DNA of 28,615 bases from the NCBI GenBank assembly GCA_044356455.1, contig JBIKWF010000050.1, positions 1 through 28,615 of the forward strand. Reading direction: 5' to 3'. The stretch's first letter is position 1. Every line of letters begins with the position of its first letter. The notes under the pieces are model-generated. The model saw only the letters and a program-made list of their open reading frames with translations. It was not told where the DNA came from and searched no databases. This document shows positions 22,097 through 28,615 of the stretch, one piece after another. Made by a program: the position numbers and the translations under genes. This DNA comes from Bdellovibrionota bacterium. GTDB taxonomy: Bacteria > Bdellovibrionota_C > UBA2361 > JBGSMV01.

Positions 22097-22495
22097 ATGA
22101 AGCATCGAAAACAAATGTTCTCTACTGACACACACTCACGTTACGGGAGGATGTTAAGAATTGCCCGTACCCCCTGGCTTTTAAGTTCTCTCCTCTTTGC
22201 TTTTGGCGTCACCCTCCTCGCCCTTGGTGTGAGCCACGGAGTAATTGCTGAGGATGATGGGCTCACTATTCAGTACAATGATGTAAGGTTTGCCGAAGCT
22301 TCAAATGCTATCCTGAGTTATCTGGAGGGCAGTTTTGGCGCTCTGGTAATGGTCGTCGCTGGGCTCGTTGCAATTATCAGCGCCGCCTTTGGTCAATACC
22401 GTGCCGCGATGGGCTGCCTGATTATTGCGGTGGGCGCGTTTATTCTGCGTTCATTCATCAGCACGTTTTTTAATGATGGAAACATCATGCCCTGA
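22097..22495 (+). CDS. Small membrane protein resembling a TrbC/VirB2 pilin precursor
   Basis: GGAGG SD; long basic and hydrophobic leader, amphipathic helix, GSFG, then two hydrophobic helices joined by FGQYR. Confidence 0.55.
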   Translation: MKHRKQMFSTDTHSRYGRMLRIARTPWLLSSLLFAFGVTLLALGVSHGVIAEDDGLTIQYNDVRFAEASNAILSYLEGSFGALVMVVAGLVAIISAAFGQYRAAMGCLIIAVGAFILRSFISTFFNDGNIMP

Positions 22496-22511
22496 CAGAA
22501 GCTATCTACAA

Positions 22512-23590
22512 CTATGTCCTCACCACTTTAAACCAGGGCAGAAACTGCATGACGAGCAACGCCGGGGGCAGCAGCGCAAAGAGAGGAGCAAGATCGGCCC
22601 GAAAGGATATGCCAATGAAGAAGGCGCTGACTATACCTAGAGGCACTAAAGTCCTGACGCGATGGGCTTGAAGATGGCTGCTCATAGCTGCAAGGTATCC
22701 CGGAATAAGGAGCACCATACTATGGCCCCAAATGTAGGGGGCCACCGCAAGACTGACCGCGGGTAGAACTCGCGTAAATGCTGGACCTAATTTCGTCATT
22801 CTCCACCCCCAAGCGGCGCCTATAATTAGCCCCACCAAAATAAGCAGCGTCCGCACCCAAGGAGCCTCCAAATAGTTCGCTGCAATTTGAGCCAGTGAAG
22901 CTCCACGCAAACTAAGTGCCTCACCAAATATGCTTGGTGCCTGACTCGCGTAATGCTCATATATCCCGGGTGCGAGGAAAAACGTTAATACCCCTTGAGC
23001 CGTTAGCCCAGCTACGGCAGACGCAAGAAAGAGCCAGCTCCTCATCCTTAGGGAATATACGCCAAGTGCTGCATATATCGGCAGAAGGAGATGAGGTTTA
23101 AAAGCGGTCAATGAGATCAGTATCCCAGCACGAAGCTGCTTTCCATCTCGAAGACTACGAACGGCCCCCAAAAATGCCAGAAGAAGAATAATATTGATTT
23201 GTCCGAACGCCACATCTCCCCATAGTGGAGGGAAGATGAGAGTGAGAGCAAGATACTGGGCAATACCTCCCGAACGCTTTTCTCTCGAGTGAGCATCGTC
23301 CGAGAGCGCAAGCCATCGAGCAACGACTAGATATGCGCCGAACATCAAGGTTGGCCAAAGTATGCGGGCAGTCTCAAAGGGAATCTTAGAGAAAAGTACG
23401 TGCATCCAGAGCACATAGGGAGGGTTTGTAAGGTGCTGAACTCCCTCGCTGGGAGGCCAACCGATGAGCTGAAGTTGCTGTTCAAGACTATCTACAGCGT
23501 AGGGATTCATTCCTAGTGAGGCGAGCTTTCCGGCACTCCAGAGATAAAAAAATCGTACCCGAACATCCAGGTAGGCCCCACTTCAGACAT
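22512..23590 (-). pseudogene. GT87 (DUF2029) glycosyltransferase with a one-base frameshift at an A7 tract (pseudogene, phase variant or sequencing error)
   Basis: NPPY, FGQINI and FKPHL motifs. The upstream frame MSEVGPTWMFGYDFF (ATG 23590, GGAG SD) joins YLWSAGKLASLGMNPY if one base is added at 23546-23552. Confidence 0.75.
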
Positions 23591-24168
23591 ACTTTATCTC
23601 CGAAACTTTCTGCGAAGATGAATCGGTAGCCAAAGTGCCTCGCGGATGATTTTAGCAGTTAACTTTGAATTTCGGCTACGCGGCTATGAAATTCACTCGG
23701 AGCCTCAAGTATAGAAGCCCCACTTTTGACAGCTTAATCCTTAAGCTATACCCAAAATACGCAACAGTGTGTCTCATTTGCCGAGGAATCGATTTGCGAC
23801 CGCTGGGCTGCACAAGTCAAGTCCGGCAACTTGTTCGCGGGTCATAAAAATACTACCGACTCAGAGAAAAGTAAGCAATTCAAGACAGGGCTCTAGCCGA
23901 ACCATGCCTTTTACTTTGGCATATTATTGCTAATCAACGCTATAACTGCCGCGCTGAGGTACTTACTTTTAGGATGAGGCGGGCAGATAACAGGCGCCTG
24001 CCCCTAGCGGGCGCCGCACCCTCCGACCTCGCCCTATTCCTCACAAGCCGAATGACCGTTTCTTTCCCTTCATTAAGTCCTGATCCCGAGCTAGCGTTTC
24101 CATCTGGGCGCATTTTCGCTAAACCATGAACCTGAAAAAAGTTTAGTCACACAAGGGCTAAAATCGCT

Positions 24169-24864
24169 ATGTCGCCACTAAGTTTCCGCAGGGCTACTCG
24201 AGCCCCTACTCCTCAGAAAGATGGCAACTTCCCCAACTTAAGACTTGTGCGCCACGAGTCAGACGGACCGTTACCATCGTCGCCTCAATCTCCAGGTCAG
24301 GGCGAACTGCCAACTCGGTCGTTCGATTTTGAAAGATGGCATTCTCAGTACCGCTCCCTTGTAATCAGGCTGGTACACCGATCAATTCACGACTATCAAA
24401 AGGCCGAAGATCTCATCAGCGTGGTTTGGGATAAAATCAATCGGAATGGCCACCGGTACAATCCTCAAAAAGGCAGAGAGACCACCTTCATCTCTTGCAT
24501 CACCAAAAGAACCATTATCGATTTCTTGAGAAGGGCGCGGACTCAAGGACGCGTCAACTCGAACTTCCTTGGTGAATCCGACGAGGGCCTTAGCACGGAG
24601 GAGGTTCGAAAAGGCGGGGGTGCTACGGGTTCAGTCACCCCTCCCGCAGAGAAACTGGTAAGCGTCGAACGTATGCGTATGCTGCTCAGTTACATTGACC
24701 AATTGCCAGATCTTCCCGCAGGCATCATTCGCAGGCACTACCTTGCCGGGCAAACCCTGCGTCAAATCTCGGAGCAGGATGAAATTCCCCTTGGGACTGT
24801 AAAATCAGCTCTCAATCGTGGGCTTGAGCTTTTACGAGCAAGGTCGGAAGATTTTACTAAGTGA
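24169..24864 (+). CDS. ECF-type sigma-70 factor
   Basis: Region 2 (AEDLISVVW..YNPQKG..IDFLRR) and region 4 (TLRQIS..IPLGTVKSALNRG). Confidence 0.88.
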   Translation: MSPLSFRRATRAPTPQKDGNFPNLRLVRHESDGPLPSSPQSPGQGELPTRSFDFERWHSQYRSLVIRLVHRSIHDYQKAEDLISVVWDKINRNGHRYNPQKGRETTFISCITKRTIIDFLRRARTQGRVNSNFLGESDEGLSTEEVRKGGGATGSVTPPAEKLVSVERMRMLLSYIDQLPDLPAGIIRRHYLAGQTLRQISEQDEIPLGTVKSALNRGLELLRARSEDFTK

Positions 24865-24889
24865 AAAAGTACCGATCTAAGTTTTTTAG

Positions 24890-25252
24890 TTAGCGCTTTC
24901 GAACGGGGCCCTTACCGCTCCCGGGCATGCCATTCGCCGGAAGCACATCCGTATTCCCGGGAAGAATACCCGGTTCGCCCAACCCATTACGGCGACGGCA
25001 GAATATACCACGGTCGATGTACCAGCATTCCACCGGATTCTCTTTAGTCCTATCAGTGCCCCCTCCGTCAGAGTAATAGCTTATCTCGGTTAGATCGGCT
25101 GCGGCCTGACCCATGGCTTGTTCTACGGTCGCACGGAACAGGGGCAAGGCGCCGCCTAGAAAGAACGTAAGCGCACCGGCAAGCACCAAGTACTCTACAC
25201 TCGAAGTGCCGGATTCTCGAAACTTTCGAAACGGTCTCAAGTCCCAAACCAT
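24890..25252 (-). CDS. Flp/Tad (type IVc) pilin-like protein with a C-terminal extension
   Basis: Prepilin motif RESG|TSSVEY followed by a hydrophobic helix; GAGGTG SD. Confidence 0.65.
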   Translation of the reverse strand: MVWDLRPFRKFRESGTSSVEYLVLAGALTFFLGGALPLFRATVEQAMGQAAADLTEISYYSDGGGTDRTKENPVECWYIDRGIFCRRRNGLGEPGILPGNTDVLPANGMPGSGKGPVRKR

Positions 25253-25318
25253 ACACGCACCACCTCAACCAACCCCATGACCCCTCTTCTGAGCTCAGGC
25301 CCGCGCTGCTTCCGATTT

Positions 25319-26122
25319 TCAGGAGTTTTCCGGGTCTATGTAACCAACTGAGGTAAAGGAGATTTTCGCACCTGCCTTAGCGCCTGCAGGAGCCCCTGCC
25401 GCGAGATCGGCATCGTGAGAGCTAAGAAATTCTCGTAGTCGACGGTGGAATTCTCTACCTTGTTCCGTGAGCCATTCGCGAATCAAGGGGATGCTAGCAA
25501 CGAAAACGTTATCGTATGAGGTGCGAAGATGCAGGTTCATGCTCTCTTGTATGGTGACGTTTTCAAATACTGCTTGAGATAAAGTACCAATATCTTTGGC
25601 AAGAAGGTCGGCGCTACGGGACAGATCCTTGGCTCTGGGATACTCCTGACTTTGCAAATGCACCATGCCATCTTCTATACGCACCGCTCCCGCATGCTCG
25701 AGTTCATTAAGCACCGTCTTAAAATTAAGATGTTTGCTCACGTCCCCAACAAGAGCCGCAAAGTTTGAACTACTGCCAATACAAGAAAGAGGTTTGGGCC
25801 CACGGCTCGAACGATAGGGGGATTTGCTCTGCCAATACGCCAGCACTCGGCTTAGCATGTTATAGCCCTCTTCGGGGGGCGCATCTTCTTCGCGCAGCAC
25901 TCGCGCAACGTCATTACGATTAATTCCGGTAAGAACCGAGACACGACTTATGGAAGCAGCTTCCGCTCTGCTCTTTAGCTCGAGCTGCCCCGCATCAACA
26001 AAGGCACGCCGAACTACCAGGGTAAAATCCTGATAGCCAAAACCGAGGCGCAAACAAAGCCGCGCCAGCGGAACGAGGGCTTGCCGTAAACCTTGCGCAG
26101 GAAATTGCTGTCGTTTGTCCAT
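25319..26122 (-). CDS. DUF6502-like protein, putative HTH DNA-binding regulator
   Basis: PLARLCLRLG..RRAFVD, SISRVSVLTGINRNDV (HTH-like), VLAYW, FAALV and VLNELEHAGAV. ATG 26122 preferred. Confidence 0.7.
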   Translation of the reverse strand: MDKRQQFPAQGLRQALVPLARLCLRLGFGYQDFTLVVRRAFVDAGQLELKSRAEAASISRVSVLTGINRNDVARVLREEDAPPEEGYNMLSRVLAYWQSKSPYRSSRGPKPLSCIGSSSNFAALVGDVSKHLNFKTVLNELEHAGAVRIEDGMVHLQSQEYPRAKDLSRSADLLAKDIGTLSQAVFENVTIQESMNLHLRTSYDNVFVASIPLIREWLTEQGREFHRRLREFLSSHDADLAAGAPAGAKAGAKISFTSVGYIDPENS

Positions 26123-26179
26123 GTCTCTAAGTCTAATTAACCTTATCGTGCCAAGTCTGCCCTGACTGTAGAATAAAGA

Positions 26180-26204
26180 GCACTTATGGTGCAATTATAA
26201 GTGC
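26180..26204. promoter_or_regulatory. Inverted repeat upstream of the DUF6502-like gene
   Basis: GCACTTAT-N9-ATAAGTGC, which contains GCA-N7-TGCA (26180-26193). Confidence 0.5.
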
Positions 26205-26460
26205 CGGGTGAATATACCTCAGCACTCTGCGCCGCTTATTCAGGGCGAGCTGTGGCTAAAGCAATGGGATTCGTGCCGGCGGGGGGGCATCGTCCAAGCA
26301 GGCAGGCCCAATTCTAGCACAGTAAATCAGAGTCAATTGAGACAATTTTAGAGGCTCCTTTGCGAATCTGGTTCGCCTCCGGTAACTCATTGCGGGCACT
26401 CCTTCTTTTTCTTGTTTCCGGGGATACCTAAGGCACCTCTTTCAGCCAGCTCCAAAATAA

Positions 26461-26501
26461 TTGCATTTTAAATGCATCACTTTTTTGGCGCACGCCATAA
26501 T
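26461..26501 (+). promoter_or_regulatory. Conserved operator/promoter of collagen-like gene 1
   Basis: TTGCA-TTTTAAA-TGCA, a T-tract, then CATAAT; same spacing as 27954-27994. Confidence 0.6.
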
Positions 26502-26579
26502 ACTTGTGTTCGCGAGATAATTGAGCCCTGCGATGTTCGCGGTAGTGCACAAGAATTCAAAAAGACTAATGGAGGTTTT

Positions 26580-27728
26580 ATGAGAAAGGCTTGGAAGATT
26601 CAGTTGGCAGGCGGAGTCATTGGAGTAGCTGCACTACTCACCATGACTCCCCAGAGCTTGTTCGCCGACACGCTACTTTGTCAGCGCAAGAATACCAATA
26701 ATCCCAAAAATCCTACCACCCGGGTTCAGGCTCTAAAGGCCATAGAAGGAACCAGTTGCCCAAAAGGGTTCTTGCTAGTGTCGAGGCTCATCTCAGCCTC
26801 CGATGTAGATGAGCGCGCTAAGCTTGCGGCCGTCGCTATCGCCGACCAGACTGTGTCAAATAGAATAAAAGCCTTACCTGCAGGGGAACAAGGTCCAACG
26901 GGACCTCAGGGCCTCAAGGGTGACAAAGGAGCCACCGGAGCGGCTGGGGCTCAAGGGCTGCAGGGCTTAAAGGGAGACGCCGGAGCTGCTGGTGCCCAAG
27001 GACCTCAGGGGCCGAAAGGAGATAGAGGCGATCAGGGAATCGCCGGACTACAAGGGCCGCAAGGCTTAAAAGGTGACATCGGTCAGCAGGGTCCTCAAGG
27101 TCTAAAGGGAGACAAAGGTGACGCAGGAGCTGCTGGTGCTCAAGGACCTCAGGGACCAAAAGGAGATAGGGGCGATCAGGGAATCGCCGGACTACAAGGG
27201 CCGCAGGGCTTAAAAGGTGACGTCGGTCAGCAGGGCCCTCAGGGACTGAAGGGAGACAAAGGTGATGCAGGAGCTGCTGGTGCTCAAGGACCCCAGGGGC
27301 CCAAGGGCGATCAGGGTGCGGTGGGCCCATCCGGCGCTATTGCCAGCGTGCAGCGATCAGTAATCTCCTTTTCAGGATATTCGGTCGGCACTACCGCTGG
27401 CTCACTTAATTCAATGACAAGCGGGAATGTCTGGTTTAATAGTTCGAATCAAGTTGCCATGGTGCGAGTTCCATTCCACGCCTGGTGCCCGGGAGCCAAC
27501 GAGATCCATTTCGAGATCTTTCGGATTTTCGCCGGCGGAGCGTGGGCCCTCGAAGATTGGGGATATTTTGGACCAAATGGCGCAACGTGGCAGTCTCAAA
27601 GAACCCATATTCCGATTATCTTGAATTCCGGCGAAGGCGTTGCGCTTCAGTACCGCGTAATTGACGGCAAGACGGGCTGTGGGTTGAGAACCCCGCTCTC
27701 AGCGCACGTGAACTACTTTAAGAATTAG
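26580..27728 (+). CDS. Secreted collagen-like (Gly-X-Y) protein 1
   Basis: GGAGG SD before ATG 26580; signal peptide ending SLFA|D; two-Cys N-domain; about 50 Gly-X-Y triplets; aromatic, beta-rich C-terminal domain. Confidence 0.9.
   Translation: MRKAWKIQLAGGVIGVAALLTMTPQSLFADTLLCQRKNTNNPKNPTTRVQALKAIEGTSCPKGFLLVSRLISASDVDERAKLAAVAIADQTVSNRIKALPAGEQGPTGPQGLKGDKGATGAAGAQGLQGLKGDAGAAGAQGPQGPKGDRGDQGIAGLQGPQGLKGDIGQQGPQGLKGDKGDAGAAGAQGPQGPKGDRGDQGIAGLQGPQGLKGDVGQQGPQGLKGDKGDAGAAGAQGPQGPKGDQGAVGPSGAIASVQRSVISFSGYSVGTTAGSLNSMTSGNVWFNSSNQVAMVRVPFHAWCPGANEIHFEIFRIFAGGAWALEDWGYFGPNGATWQSQRTHIPIILNSGEGVALQYRVIDGKTGCGLRTPLSAHVNYFKN
26970..27310 (+). repeat. 144-bp (48-aa) tandem repeat, about 2.3 copies, inside the collagen stalk
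   Basis: GGAGCTGCTGGTGC recurs at 26982, 27126 and 27270; the copies differ mostly at synonymous sites. Confidence 0.9.
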
Positions 27729-27750
27729 AAACAAAAGAAATTTGTACCTC

Positions 27751-27814
27751 GCCCTCGCCACAAGGAGAGCCTTACCCCCACAAGGCTCTCCAAAATGGCG
27801 GGGGCTATTTTTTT
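27751..27814 (+). terminator. Intrinsic terminator after collagen-like gene 1
   Basis: Outer stem GCCCTCGCCA/TGGCGGGGGC and inner stem GGAGAGCCTT/AAGGCTCTCC, followed by TATTTTTTT. Confidence 0.75.
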
Positions 27815-27953
27815 AGGCCGCAGAGCAGCAAGCGCTTCGCTTACACAATTGCATACCGCACCGGGAATCCCCTCGCGCAAACAACGCTTCGCAGCCGCGG
27901 TCTGCACGCAGAGTAGGCTTCTCTGTCTTTCATAGGAAGCCTCCCCCTAAAAG

Positions 27954-27994
27954 TTGCACTTTACATGCACTCTTTTTTTGTTTGCTCGCATAAC
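27954..27994 (+). promoter_or_regulatory. Conserved operator/promoter of collagen-like gene 2
   Basis: TTGCA-CTTTACA-TGCA, a T-tract, then CATAAC. Confidence 0.6.
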
Positions 27995-28086
27995 ATCAAA
28001 AGTGGCCTGGTTATGAGCTTTAGCAATCTCGCCGCAATTGAAACGAAATCGACGAAACATGCTACGGCATTAATAGTGAGGTTACT

Positions 28087-28615
28087 ATGCGTATTGGTTT
28101 AGTGTCCCGTCTTCCTCTCGCACTTCTCGGACTAGCAGCTCTTCTGTGGGTAACTCAGGAGCACGCCTTCGCCGACACTTTGCTTTGTCAACGCAAAAAT
28201 GAAGGGCGCCGCACGCTAAATCCGAAAACACGCGTACAGGCGATTCGAATTCTCGATGCAGAAAATTGCCCGCGGGGCTTCAAGCTGATTACACGGCTCC
28301 TCTCCGCAGATGACATTGAGAAGCGCGCAAAAGAGGTGGCGGAGGATCTCGTTTCGAAGCGAATCTCCATACTGCCGGCGGGAGCTTCCGGTCCGCAGGG
28401 CTCAAAGGGCGACAAGGGTGAAAAAGGCGACGCCGGAGCAGCGGGTCCTACTGGCCCAATGATTCCTTCGGACCAGGTTGTCACTGCGCTCAAAGGTGAC
28501 TCTGACTTTATGACTAAGGCCAAAGGCCCCGCAGGTAAAGACGGAGTGAACGGCGTTAACGGTCAAGACGGCGCACAGGGACCAAGTGGCGATAAGGGTG
28601 AAAAAGGAGACGCCG
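28087..28615 (+). CDS. Secreted collagen-like protein 2 (paralog of protein 1; 3'-truncated; absent from the ORF track)
   Basis: GAGG SD; hand translation MRIGLVSRLPLALLGLAALLWVTQEHAFA|DTLLCQRKNEGRRTLNPKTRVQAIRILDAENCPRGF..LPAGASGPQGSKGDKGEKGDA, open to the window end. Confidence 0.9.
   Translation, partial: MRIGLVSRLPLALLGLAALLWVTQEHAFADTLLCQRKNEGRRTLNPKTRVQAIRILDAENCPRGFKLITRLLSADDIEKRAKEVAEDLVSKRISILPAGASGPQGSKGDKGEKGDAGAAGPTGPMIPSDQVVTALKGDSDFMTKAKGPAGKDGVNGVNGQDGAQGPSGDKGEKGDA

Noticed and set aside
23917..23931. Sigma54-like TTGGCATATTATTGC upstream of the ECF gene
   Set aside because: The GG-to-GC spacing is 9 nt rather than the required 10.
26472..26579. Longer start for collagen-like gene 1
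   Set aside because: This ATG lies inside the operator palindrome; ATG 26580 has GGAGG and gives a proper signal peptide.
26880..27335. Possible CRISPR array
   Set aside because: The repeats are in-frame Gly-X-Y coding repeats with no unique spacers, and no cas genes are present.

Overview
Chromosomal window from a Gram-negative bacterium (lpxB present; a 'deltaproteobacterial'/Bdellovibrionota-like lineage is only an impression). Positions 1-5.7 kb hold a minus-strand rRNA operon: two tandem promoters, 16S, a tRNA-free spacer, and a 23S gene cut by the window edge. The 23S carries two hairpin insertions (helix-45 and helix-15 regions) that share a 25-nt motif with a compensatory base-pair change, and each motif copy sits next to a 11-17 nt segment antisense to its own rRNA flank. 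Then follow lpxB, a degenerate ATP-grasp protein, an ankyrin-like membrane protein, a GT-C glycosyltransferase, tRNA-Arg(CCG), pgi, a PmtA-like methyltransferase facing pssA, and a DUF58-transglutaminase-TPR-MoxR operon. The right end is surface-related: an orphan VirB2/TrbC-like pilin, a GT87 gene split at a homopolymer, an ECF sigma factor, a Flp-like pilin, and a DUF6502-like HTH protein divergent from two paralogous secreted collagen-like genes that share a TGCA-N7-TGCA upstream motif. All family assignments are from motif recognition by eye, not database searches.
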